DNA of 64,000 bases from Nemertoderma westbladi (GCA_032718475.1 JAUCBJ010001606.1:1-64000); one strand, 5' to 3'. Shown: positions 13,372 to 25,423, numbered from the stretch's first letter. Translations and numbers: made by a program. The notes: generated from the sequence alone by a model not told the origin.

Positions 13372-13508
13372 ATGTTTTTGTCTGTTTTTGTGTGTTTTTG
13401 TATGTTTTTGTGTGTTTTTGTGTGTTTTTGTGCGTTTTTGTGTGTTTTTGTGTGTTTTTGTGAGTTTTTGTGTGTTTTTGTGTGTTTTTGGTGTAAATAG
13501 ACGTCCCC
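13372..13508. repeat. (TTTTTGTGTG)n decamer array ending in GTGTAAATAGACGTCCCC; possible end of a related TIR element
   Basis: About 12 decamers. The minus strand reads GGGACGTCTATTTACACC(AAAAACACAC)n. Confidence 0.7.
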
Positions 13509-14260
13509 ATTCATAGAGGACTATGAATGACACAGAGTATTCTGACATAGATGTCAGATCAGAATCCCGTCATTTAAGTTGTTTCCATGTCATTGATTAC
13601 TTTGCAGCGTTCCCTCCTATAGGCCGCAACGCTGCAATAAGTAGTACTTTGCAGTGTTATGAGTAATTCACCAGAACGCTGTTAAGTTGACATAATGAAA
13701 CAATAACTATTTAATTTACGTACATGTATATATAATGCGTTCACGTAGTTTTTGTAATGCAATAACTAAGTACGGAACGGAAACGGAAGTAAGGCAACAT
13801 AATGTAATAAGGTTAATACTGTATGTTTATGTTTACCGATCACATTTCTTAATTACAAATGTAATGTTCTAAGTGGATTGATATACTTATATTTGTTGTC
13901 AGTCACTTTTTTTGTTAAGAGCAAAATTATGGTCGAATTACATTTCAAATTAAGTTCCATAACATTAATAATAATATTGCATTAAATATTATAATTTTTT
14001 TATATTTCTTACATTACCTATTTTATTTATTTGTGTGGAATTAATATCGCACTACCAAATCGCCAGGACAAATTTAAGAAATTCCAACAAATAATTATTT
14101 GTTACATGGGAAAAAAAGTATAACTTTTTTTTCACTCTTACTGTATCTATAATAATACAGTAATTATAATAGAACAACAAACCTTACCGTCTGAGTGTCT
14201 GACGGTATTATTTTATTTCTTCTACAGTTCTAATAATAATGTCCAATGCCATAAGTAGGC

Positions 14261-15373
14261 TAGGGTTCAACAGAAGGCACTTTATGGGGCCGAACCGAAC
14301 CGAAGCAGGGCCAACTTCGGGCTGAACCGAATCCGAACCGAAGTTCAGGAGGTTGGCAAGTTATGGTCATAAATTCGTATTTACGTCACTATACTGCAGT
14401 ACTGGCTGACTGGCAGTGGCAGACTGGTACCGGTACCTATTTGGTCTGCGGACTTAGCGAGAGAGCTATGATTAATTAAAAAAATAAGTACCGGTACTAC
14501 AAAATAAAATGGCAATATTTACATTACTGTACATTACTAACCTAAACTACTGTATACTTACTGTATGCATGCACTTACTGTATGCACCACATTTTCACCC
14601 GTAGTAAGCCGTACAGTAGTGACATCAAATTTAGAAAACCTCACTAAAAGTTCAGGTAGTCTTTGTAATACTATTTATATGAGGTAGTATGTATATTTGG
14701 TATTATGTATCAAAGTTATGATTAATTAAAAAATAGGTACTACTGCAGTACTGTACAAAGTAAAATGGCAATATCTAGCCTAACCTAAACTACTGTATAA
14801 TTAAGCTAATTTTGAAACTACCCAAGTAAACTGGAAACAATTAAAACAATAATGCCATTTAAATGGAAGTTCAGTCCAAAATTAAGGGTGTAAACGTTAA
14901 GCAGACAGTGGTGCAGACACCTGGTGCGGACACTGGTGCAGCATGCAGACAGTGTCTGCACCACTGTCTGCACCAGGTGTCTACACCACTGTCTGCACCA
15001 GGTGTCTGCACCAATGTCTGCACGCTGCACCACTGTCTGCACCAGTGTCTGCACCACTGTCTGCACCACTGTCTGCACCACTGTCTGCACCACTGTCTGC
15101 ACCAGTGTCTGCACCACTGTCTGCACCACAGTCTGCCCTGCACCAGTGTCTGCTTATCGTTTACACACCCCAAAATTAATTAGTACAACGATGGACAGAT
15201 TTATTAGTGTTACTGTCTTCTGGTCTTAGCTCAATCCAGTCAATGTAATACTTGGAATATTTAGCAAAGTTTGCCCCGGGCTTCTGCAGTATCAATTGCA
15301 GAAGCCGAACCGAACCGAAATTGCCAAACTTCGGCCCGAACCGAACCGAAGCCGAAGCTTCTGTTGAGCCCTA
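14261..15373. mobile_element. hAT-like MITE
   Basis: TAGGGTTCAACAGAAG ... CTTCTGTTGAGCCCTA TIRs with subterminal CCGAA repeats at both ends. No clean TSD. Confidence 0.75.
14886..15170. mobile_element. MULE-type MITE nested in the hAT MITE, with a 12-bp (GCACCACTGTCT)n array
   Basis: TIRs GGGTGTAAACGTTAAGCAGACAGTGGTGCAG / CTGCACCAGTGTCTGCTTATCGTTTACACACCC. 9-bp TSD CAAAATTAA at 14877-14885 and 15171-15179. Confidence 0.85.
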
Positions 15374-15483
15374 CCTATAACTGTATAAGAAAAACCATTC
15401 TTTGCTTATCGTACTGCAGTACTGTCTGTACCGGACCTGGACGACCTCAGACCTGCAACTTTAACTCTGAAGTCAAACAAACA

Positions 15484-16390
15484 ATGGAACGATTTACTTG
15501 TGAGTCGGACAACGCATTGCTAATTACCAAATCTATGTTTGCGAACATCTGTTCAGAAAATGATTCGTTTGTGCGGACGTTTCTCGAAGAATACCTGGAC
15601 GCGAACTCGAGTTTTCTGGACAATTATGTTGTTAGGAAATGTACGGCAGGTCATATTAGCGAATGGCTGCTGCGTTCACTCTCCTCTGGGTCTAACAACG
15701 CCTCCACCTCCTCGGATAACACGGCCCAATCGCCGGCCACTGTCCCGACTACCGGTAACTGCGAGACCAGTCTGTCGCAGATTCCATTGACGACATCAGC
15801 GTCGACACCTACGTATCGCCACAATGACATTCCTGTGACAGGAAAGCGTCTACAATCTCGATACTCTAATCAACGCACCCCGCCTACCGAACCCTTTTCT
15901 ATGCAGCCTGTAATGAGGTTACAACATCTCAACCAGGCAGACCTCCCGGGAGAACAAAGACAAATAGATCTCAAACTGAGTCCGATAGACCCCAAACTAA
16001 ACCTCATTGAATCTGAATCAAGTAATAATACAGCCAGTTCAACTCTATTACCTTATACCAACAACATATCTTCCTATACCCCCGCAATAACCACAACCAA
16101 CTCAAACCACTATTCTACCCAACCTCTATCAGACCAGTCAGATGTTCCGGTAGGCCTACGCATTAAGACGGAAAACGAACTGGAATATAAACCCGACATA
16201 AATGAGGTTGGCGATGGCTTGGGCGATTTGTTCTCCCCTATGGATGTATCATATGGAATCCGTCACAATATCCCAACATACACTAGCTCCTCACCAACTC
16301 TCACTACTCAGTCTCTAGACGACTTTAACTTAAACCTTCCCAACACCTACAACATTCTGTTGGCCCCTAAATCCACAGTTTTCGGTATCG
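15484..16390 (+). CDS. Exon 1 of a C2H2 zinc-finger gene (PDE-like N-terminal motif plus S/T/P-rich linker)
   Basis: First ATG after the MITE is at 15484. The frame is open to the donor G|GTGAGT at 16390/16391. A phase-1 join is in frame with the zinc-finger exon. IKTE and PMDVS short motifs are present. Confidence 0.78.
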
Positions 16391-16663
16391 GTGAGTTACT
16401 ATAATTTGTATAGTAAACATAGTTTAGTCCGTATTGACGCCAAACTGGTCAGAGTAATTGTTTATTTATAGCGACATGACAGTTATGATAGTTCTGAGTT
16501 TAGTTTTTGTTCTTTAAGGTTTTTATCTGGTTTATTTAAATTCAATCCAGCCAAGCCTTTCTCACCAAAATATCAAATATACGAAGCCTATTTGCAAAAC
16601 TCAACAAATTGCAAATAATACTCCAGAATAGAGACATCCCATTTTTTTAGCTTTGCTAGTGAA

Positions 16664-16987
16664 GTGGCTGGACTCTATTATCCAGATGAAGAAATACAAA
16701 TTCAAGGGATTCCATTCTGTGTCAGAGAAATGGCTGGACTCTATTATCCAGATGAAGAAATACAAATTCAAGGGATTCCATTCTGTGTCAGAGAAATGGC
16801 TGGACTCTATTATCCAGATGAAGAAATACAAATTCAAGGGATTCCATTCTGTGTCAGAGAAATGGCTGGACTCTATTATCCAGATGAAAAAATACAAATA
16901 TATACAAGGGATTCCATTCTGTGTCAGAGAAATGGCTGGACTCTATTATCCAGATGAAGAAATAAAAATCCAAGGGATTCCATTCTG
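16664..16987. repeat. 66-bp intronic minisatellite, ~5 copies
   Basis: GAAATGGCTGGACTCTATTATCCAGATGAAGAAATACAAATTCAAGGGATTCCATTCTGTGTCAGA repeated head to tail. Confidence 0.95.
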
Positions 16988-17563
16988 CTTCGCACAAGTT
17001 ATGTTGATTACATATCTGAATCACTGTCTTATAAATGGGTCCTACCTATTTCGTCTATCACTTTAAAATATTCCGTTTTTCCGAGACACTCCATAATCAC
17101 ATTAATCAGTGCTGCAATATTTTCCTAGAGCCCTGCAAGTTTTCTACCAAATTAGTTCCTCTTGTCTCGCGCCCCATTAACAGTGGACGTATTCGGAAAG
17201 ATTTCCACTGCCGATATTATTTCCTAGATAGGTGTTTTGCGGTTAATAATTCATCGAATAATATCAGAAAATGTAAAAATAAAAAATAAAAATTTTTAAA
17301 CCCAAATCAACTATTTTGACTTCAACCTCCAATTCTATGAAATATCCATGGTAGGTCGGTTTTATTTACACTTATTACTGTAATGATTGTATCAGAAATT
17401 ATATGAATTTAAAACTACAGTATTGTAATCTAGTGAGTTCTGTTGAGTAATTATGGCATCACAACCATTATTTCTGATTGTAATCAAAATTATCTATTAT
17501 TAAATAATAATGATAAATTATTATCCGCTATTAATCCGCTCCATTACATTCTATATCCGACCA

Positions 17564-18270
17564 CTACTACTACTACTACGATCGGCATGCTGAATTGCAG
17601 CTTATTATATATATTATACATATATATTAAGAATGCTATGCCGGCTTGTCGACAAAATTGCGCCGTGGCAACTCTATCACCCATGGCATTTGCTAGATCA
17701 TCCGCATCTTCAAGGCCAGTGTCCTTTAAAATGCGTCTCAAGAAAGTCATGTGCTGTCCACAATGCTTATTCGCTCTATGGGGGCGCCAAAGCACAAGAT
17801 TATGCACTGGCTGGTCCTCACGGCGAAAGCAATGTCCTGCAAAGCGGAGGCGGTTTTGTTAAAGTGTCAAGCTAGGGGTGATTAATGGAACACATCCAAT
17901 GTTGTATAGAGTCTGATTGGAGATGTGTTCATTGTACTTGACACAATGAAACCGGCGCAGCATTCTTGTGAAAGTGTCATCCAGAGATTTGGTATCCTCT
18001 GCAGTTAGAGCCCAGCGGGGGCTCTCTAGGTTGACTGATATGATTTTGGTCTTCTTGGAGTTTACAAAAAGAGCAACACTAGAAGCAACCTACTCCAATG
18101 AGCAGAGGAGCCATTGGGCTCCCTCTAGTGATTCACACGTTACCCCTAGGTCATCTGCAAAATCTAGATCAGTAATGTACTCTACTGGATTTCCTCTACT
18201 TCTTGTGCCAGTAGGTGGAGTTACCATCACCCCATCATTATTAAGATGGTCTAAGGTCATGCGTAGAACA
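17564..18270 (-). mobile_element. Degenerate 5'-truncated RTE-clade LINE in the zinc-finger intron
   Basis: Minus strand encodes ITDLDFADD (~18150-18175) and the C-terminal RRILKDTGLEDADDLANAMGDR. (GTA)n tail at ~17564-17580. Confidence 0.75.
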
Positions 18271-18381
18271 TATAATCAACCACAATTACGAATAAGATTA
18301 TTTATTATTAAATTATCTTTATTATTGAATAATAATGATAAATTATTCTCCACTATTAATTCGCTCCATTACTTTCTATAG

Positions 18382-19043
18382 GCGACCAAATACAACCATC
18401 CCCTAATGACTCAGACATGCTCACTTCCGACGATGATGTAACATCCGGAAGTATGAATAATTCCTTCGACCAACCTGGTCCCTCTGGAATTCAACCCCAG
18501 GATATTGTGAAAAGAAGTCTATCGAATGAGAAACCCTTCAGTTGTGATACTTGTGGTAAAGCGTTCGCATGGAACAGTCGCCTAATTGCACATAAACGGA
18601 TCCACACCAGCGAGCGTCCTTACCAATGCGGCATCTGCAACAAATGTTTCTCTCAACTAGGCCACATAAAAAGGCATAATAGAACGCACAGTGGTGAGAA
18701 ACCGTATAACTGCAACCTGTGTGAGAAACGTTTCTCTCAACTAAGTTCCCTAACTACGCACACGCGAACTCATTCCGGTGAACGTCCGTTCGTGTGCGAC
18801 ACGTGCGGGAAGGGATTTGCAGAGAACGGGAGTTTAACGACCCACAAAAGAATTCACACAGGAGAGCGACCATATGTGTGCGATAAGTGTGGGAAGAGAT
18901 TTGCAGTGCGGAGCAGTCGAAACACTCACAAGAGATCACATACAGGTGAACGACCGTTTAGCTGCGATAAATGCGGTAAATGTTTCTCCTACCGACATCA
19001 AGTAAAGCACCACAAATGTATCCGCAGTGGGGAGACTCAGTAA
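18382..19043 (+). CDS. Exon 2 of the C2H2 zinc-finger gene, six fingers; spliced product ~522 aa
   Basis: Acceptor TTACTTTCTATAG| ends at 18381. CxxC-x12-HxxxH fingers with HTGERP/HSGEKP linkers. The sixth finger is atypical. Stop TAA at 19041-19043. Confidence 0.92.
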
Positions 19044-19058
19044 CTGTAATGTTTGTAA

Positions 19059-20085
19059 TAGGGTTGTCCAAAATTTATCGAAAATCGATAATCGATCGAA
19101 AATAATGTCGATAATAATCGATCGAAATTTTTTTTTCATTTGAAATGATTTTCGATTAATTTTTCACTGTTACAATATCAAACATTTTTAACAAAAATTC
19201 TTCAAATACTGTTTTTAATTAATATTATTTTTCCGTAAATGGGTGTAATGTTAAAATTTTGGAATAAAACTAAAGGAACTAAGAATATTCTAATACTCAT
19301 ATCTGCATTTGTACTCTCTCAATCCATTCATTATCAATTTTAATGTGAGGCGAGCCACGAAGCGAGTGAAGCCTTAGCATAGGGGTGCCATTAAAGAGTT
19401 ATCTGTCGTCGTCGTCCAATTTTGATCGCTAATAAGTCTGTCATTCCATGATAAAATTAAACCAAACTTAGTACCCATATATATAGTCCTTCAAAAGGTT
19501 AGAAAGAATCTGAAGTTTGGTAAAAAAAACCACACAGTCTGTCTGTAGTTTCACACATTTTATAAAAACGGAAATAAGTCGGTAAAACATTAATGAAAAT
19601 AATCCAAACTCGGTACACATGTAAGTAAATAAGTAGCTATAATGTATAGAACCAACCAGCACATCCATCTGAAATTTGGTAGAAATGAACTATGAACATT
19701 AAGGGTTTATTAATAATTTTGCTTACCAACAGACTAAGTCAGTTCATCTGACGGTCCCGTGGTGGCGTATTGAAAATATAAACAAGTATTCGGATTACAT
19801 CTTCAGGGGTTATTTGAGTCTCGTGCTGCGCGAAGGCCCCACGAACGTGTATCAAACCGTACTCAACAGCAAACAAATTGCAAAGTGCCACTTTACACAC
19901 ATAAATTTTTTGAAATATGAAACATTATCTTTTTTACAAAGAAAATTTTTCTATTAGTAACCAATAAATTATTGAAATCTTTTTATATTTTTTTTACGTT
20001 GGTAATAATCGAAAATCATCGATAATCGATCGAAAATTTCCTAAAATCGATCGAAGAATTTTGTAAATTTCGAAGGACAACGCTA
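19059..20085. mobile_element. hAT-type MITE with 8-bp TSD
   Basis: TAGGGTTGTCC ... GGACAACGCTA. TSD GTTTGTAA at 19051-19058 and 20086-20093. ATCGA subterminal repeats at both ends. Confidence 0.88.
19338..19850 (+). mobile_element. Dispersed non-autonomous repeat (Helentron-like?) nested in the hAT MITE
   Basis: ATGTGAGGCGAGCCACGAAGCGAGTGAAGCCTTAGCATAGGGGT matches the reverse complement of ~29357-29402. GTGCTGCGCGAAGGCCCCACGAACGTGT matches the reverse complement of ~27800-27828. Confidence 0.6.
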
Positions 20086-20804
20086 GTTTGTAAGAAACGT
20101 TTCTCAACTTCCATGTATATTGGTAGACACAATTGCCTCCACCCCACACCTTTTTTTATTTGTAAATGTCTCGAATGTGGTTACAAACTGCATGGAAAAT
20201 TATATACCACCAAAAAGATAATGATCAACAGCAACAATAGTTACAAAAATGTCTTATTTTCCATTTCCATTTTTGGTTACCACATTTGCATAATATTTTT
20301 TGTCAATTTTTTGTATTTTTATTGGTAATTAGCAATTTTGAAACATATTTTATTTATCAGGGTTGCCACTGGAATAGTCAGGGAATTTCATTTTTTCTTG
20401 AAATGTCAGGGAATGTGATATTATACGAGAAATGCAGGGACGGATTAGGGGAAGCAACAGGGGCAGCTGCCGGGGGTCCGTAAGTTGGAAGGGGCCGGTC
20501 CGCAAGTTGGGCGAAATTTACAGAACATTATCTGCCTGATGACTGATATCAACCTCCTCATTTATTCATTTATTTCTATAATAACTATCTAATATTTATA
20601 TCTCACACAAATCAATCATAAAGAGCAAAAACACCATTCGGGTTAGAATGTGCCATTGAAATGAAGGAAGGGAAGGGGCCTTATATGGTAGGCAACGGAT
20701 ACCAGAATCCAATGCTGTAAATATTCATTCCAGAACAATGTAATTATTTAACTTTAGGTGAACCAGTAGTGGGATAAGCAATGAGTTACGTTTACTATGT
20801 TACC

Positions 20805-21542
20805 TCGACTCGGCTACCCAGACAGCCAGACTATCGACTCGGCTACCCAGACAGCCAGACTATCGACTCGGCTACCCAGACAGCCAGACTATCGACTCGG
20901 CTACCCAGACAGCCAGACTATCGACTCGGCTACCCAGACAGCCAGACTATCGACTCGGCTACCCAGACAGCCAGACTATCGACTCGGCTACCCAGACAGC
21001 CAGACTATCGACTCGGCTACCCAGACAGCCAGACTATCGACTCGGCTACCCAGACAGCCAGACTATCGACTCGGCTACCCAGACAGCCAGACTATCGACT
21101 CGGCTACCCAGACAGCCAGACTATCGACTCGGCTACCCAGACAGCCAGACTATCGACTCGGCTACCCAGGCAGCCATACTATCGACTCGGCTACCCATAC
21201 AGCCAGACTATCGACTCGGCTACCCAGACAGCCAGACTATCGACTCGGCTACCCAGACAGCCAGACTATCGACTCGGCTACCCAGACAGCCAGACTATCG
21301 ACTCGGCTACCCAGACAGCCAGACTATCGACTCGGCTACCCAGACAGCCAGACTATCGACTCGGCTACCCAGACAGCCAGACTATCGACTCGGCTACCCA
21401 GGCAGCCAGACTATCGACTCGGCTACCCAGACAGTCAGACTATCGACTCGGCTACCCAGACAGCCAGGCTATCGACTCGGCTACCCAGACAGCCAGACTA
21501 TCGACTCGGCTACCCAGACAGCCAGACTATCGACTCGGCTAC
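20805..21542. repeat. 29-bp minisatellite, ~25 nearly identical copies
   Basis: Unit CGACTCGGCTACCCAGACAGCCAGACTAT with no spacers. Confidence 0.97.
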
Positions 21543-21837
21543 TATGCAGATAGCCAGGGTGAAAATATCAACTCACTCATCTTCACCAACAGGGTGAAGG
21601 TGAGTTGATTATACTGTTTTGGTAGTCTGGCTTGACTCGCTGCTTAACTGTCTGGTGTATCCCAGAGGAGGGGAATGTACTGAGCAAAAGTGCTTTCCGT
21701 CCTATTCTAACAATGACAGTGCTTTGGATTGGCACACATTACTTTATGAGTGTTTTAATTGCTCATAATCCTATCATATAATAATTATTGTATTGTTAAT
21801 ATTAATAATATTTTAATTGTTTCATTTTATTAACATA

Positions 21838-22258
21838 TGGGTCAATACCAACCATATTGACCAATGTCCCGTACGTCGAATTTTTAAATTAACTTTAATC
21901 TTTTTTAATTTTTAAATTAACTCTGCATATGAAACCAGAAAGTGCCCCAAAATATCCGGCAAGAGATGTCAGATCGAAGTAGAAAGTTTTCTAGTGAGGT
22001 AAAAATTAAAAATTATGTCACGGATAACACATTTTTAATCCAGTGACAACATAAAGTTTCACTTTGTGGGAATCTTTGCCGTGAAAAGTGGGACTAAATA
22101 TTTTTTTTCCTTTTAATAACAATGTGTTGCACAAAATCTTGCATATGGTCAACTAAAAATCGTTATATTATATCAAAAAATTTATATGAAAATGTGTTAC
22201 ATTTTCACACAGACAGTTTTTTGATGTCATGTACGGGACATATTGATATGGTATAGAA
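21838..22258. mobile_element. Degenerate MITE
   Basis: ACCATATTGACCAATGTCCCGTAC near 21851 is inverted relative to GTACGGGACATATTGATATGGTA near 22232. Confidence 0.45.
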
Positions 22259-22513
22259 ATGAATTTACATGGAAACTATTATTATAAATTTTGAAATTTA
22301 TTTTCCAATTAAATACAAATCATAAAATTCTTCAAACAACTCCTCCGTACTAATGTAGAATTTAAATCCAGTTGATCTTAGTCTTTCCCACTGCCACCTC
22401 CTGTTCCATTCTCAACTTCCATCCCACTCTCAAATACTGCCCAAATCTCAAAACCCTTTCCACAAATAGTTAATTTGGTAATAAATTAATTTGGTCTGTT
22501 GTCAATTCTGAGA

Positions 22514-22813
22514 GCTGACAACCGACAGCTGATAACCGACAGCAAACAACCGGCAACCAAGAGCAGACAACCGACAGCTGACAACCGACATCAGACAACC
22601 GACATCAGGCAACCCACAGCAGGCAACCGACAGCAGACAACCGACAGCAGATAACCGACAGCAGACAACCGACAGCTGACAACCGACATCAGACAACCGA
22701 CATCAGGCAACCCACAGCAGGCAACCGACAGCAGACAACCGACAGCAGACAACCGACAGCAGATAACCGACAGCAGACAACCGACAGCAAACAACACACA
22801 GCAGACAACCGAC
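22514..22813. repeat. 14-bp minisatellite (GACAACCGACAGCA) with a 98-bp higher-order duplication
   Basis: The variant run CATCAGGCAACCCACAGCAGG occurs at ~22602 and ~22700. Confidence 0.9.
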
Positions 22814-22869
22814 GGTTTTCACTTTTCGGTCGAAATTTATTGGAATTTTATATGAAGAATTTGTATTTG

Positions 22870-23205
22870 TTTTAAGAATATGGTGTATTTATTAAAATAT
22901 AATAATAGCCTAGTGCTGATGCAAAATCATGTAACATTTGAACGCCTGTATCTCAACTATTTTTCCACGAAATTCAGATTGTGTTACATATTTGGAATCC
23001 TTGCACGACGATCTTTCTAGCAGTAGGCCTACAGCTTTAAGGTTGAAGAATAACTGCGGTGTAACTGGTGCAATATCAACGGAGACACTTTTTTAAACGG
23101 TTGCAGCTAAAGATTGAAAACCAAAAATAAAATTTCTGGCTCACCCACTAAGTGGTCGGGAAGTGAAACTCTCTCTGTTTCAAATTTCATGAAATCTCAT
23201 AAGAT
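22870..23205. mobile_element. Single-arm copy of the palindromic MITE family at 35526-36260
   Basis: Colinear similarity to ~35955-36290 (GATGCAAAA..CGAAATTCAGATT..TTACATATTTGGAATCC..GGTTGAAGAATAACT..TCTGGCTCACCCA). Confidence 0.75.
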
Positions 23206-23647
23206 TAGTCTGCCGCTAGGGGGCGAAATAAGTGAAAGAAATTACAGTGGCACGTTATTTTAACCAAAACAATAAACTAAACACAATCGAACAGGTTACA
23301 GTTTTAATTTTTGCTCGTAAACAGCTGTTATTTGAGTCCAATTTCCCCTGGAGAGTGATGAATTTTTATTGCGTCCAGTTTCCCCCCTATCTGCAGAAAT
23401 GAAATCCTTGTCCCGTTTTGTCGTTTATAACCTTTTCGGATTTGCTTGGACAGGTATCTACAGTACTACACAGTAGGCCTATAAAAGCCTTACTTACTAT
23501 TTAGTTGCCTGTCAAGTTAAGCTTCTTTTGTTTGAGAGAACACTGGGTCTTGTGACTTTTTTTAGTTAAAGAAATTACCGGTATTGAATTAATTTATGTT
23601 TGAATTCTTGAACAAGTTTGTGTGCTACTATTTTTATTTTTAGGCCT

Positions 23648-25138
23648 ATGTTAAATAAGTAATAATCCAATGTTAAATAAGTAATAATCCAATGTTAAAT
23701 AACTAATAATCCCATGTTAAATAACTAATAATCCCATGTTAAATAAGTAATAATCCAATGTTAAATAACTAATAATCCCAAGTTAAATAACTACTGTAAT
23801 AATCCCATGTTAAATAAGTAATATTCCAATGTTAAATAACTAATAATCCCAAGTTAAATAACTACTGTAATAATCCCATGTTAAATAAGTAATAATCCAA
23901 TGTTAAATAAGTAATAATCCAATGTTAAATAAGTAATAATCCAATGTTAAATAACTAATAATCCCATGTTAAATAACTAATAATCCCATGTTAAATAAGT
24001 AATAATCCAATGTTAAATAAGTAATAATCCAATGTTAAATAACTACTGTAATATTCCCATGTTAAATAAGTAATAATCCAATGTTAAATAACTAATAATC
24101 CCAAGTTAAATAACTACTGTAATAATCCCATGTTAAATAAGTAATAATCCAATGTTAAATAACTAATAATCCCAAGTTAAATAACTACTGTAATAATCCC
24201 ATGTTAAATAAGTAATAATCCAATGTTAAATAAGTAATAATCCAATGTTAAATAACTAATAATCCCAAGTTAAATAACTACTGTAATAATCCCATGTTAA
24301 ATAAGTAATAATCCAATGTTAAATAACTAATAATCCAATGTTAAATAACTAATAATCCCATGTTAAATAACTAATAATCCCATGTTAAATAAGTAATAAT
24401 CCAATGTTAAATAACTAATAATCCCATGTTAAATAACTACTGTAATAATCCCATGTTAAATAACTACTGTAATAATCCCATGTTAAATAAGTAATAATCC
24501 AATGTTAAATAACTACTGTAATATTCCCATGTTAAATAAGTAATAATCCAATGTTAAATAAGTAATAATCCAATGTTAAATAACTAATAATCCCATGTTA
24601 AATAACTAATAATCCCATGTTAAATAAGTAATAATCCAATGTTAAATAACTAATAATCCCATGTTAAATAACTAATAATCCCATGTTAAATAAGTAATAA
24701 TCCAATGTTAAATAACTAATAATCCCACGTTAAATAACTAATAATCCCATGTTAAATAGCTAATAATCCCATGTTAAATAGCTAATAATCCCACGTTAAA
24801 TAACAACTGTAATAATCCCATGTTAAATAAGTAATAATCCAATGTTAAATAACTAATAATCCCACGTTAAATAGCTAATAATCCCATGTTAAATAACTAA
24901 TAATCCCACGTTAAATAACTAATAATCCCATGTTAAATAGCTAATAATCCCACGTTAAATAACTAATAATCCCATGGTAAATAGCTAATAATCCCATGTT
25001 AAATAACTAATAATCCCATGTTAAATAACTAATATTCCCATGTTAAATAACTAATAATCCCATGTTAAATAACTAATAATCCCATGTTAAATAACTAATA
25101 ATCCCACGTTAAATAACTAATAATCCCATGTTAAATAA
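23648..25138. repeat. 22-bp AT-rich satellite (ATGTTAAATAA(G/C)TAATAATCC(A/C)) with a 27-bp CTGTA-insertion variant, ~65 copies
   Basis: Direct reading of the tandem array. Confidence 0.97.
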
Positions 25139-25423
25139 ATATATATGTTCTGGAATGATTTCACGACATGATGATTTCCTTCCTATTGATTACAATTAAT
25201 GCAGCTGCAATGCAGCAAGCCAATTATAGAGAAAGATATGTATATCTTCAAAAGCTACTATTTTTTGGGAATATATAGCCGTTTCTAGAAAATTATATAT
25301 AAAGTCATTATGTTTTAATTTGCTCTATTATAATATATATGAAACAGCAAAAATTATAACAATTAATTTAAATACACTTTAGTTATATTCACTTAAACAC
25401 ATATATTAACTAAAGTACTGAGT

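Noticed and set aside
15271-15483. N-terminal 71 codons of the listed 377-aa ORF
   Set aside because: Starts at TTG inside the hAT MITE end. ATG 15484 is the more plausible start.
16601-17066. Repetitive ORFs from the 66-bp unit
   Set aside because: Intronic minisatellite, open in several frames, with no homology.
20781-21608. 29-bp repeats as a CRISPR array or a 275-aa repeat protein
   Set aside because: No spacers, no cas genes, eukaryotic context. The ORFs simply cycle through the three frames of the unit.
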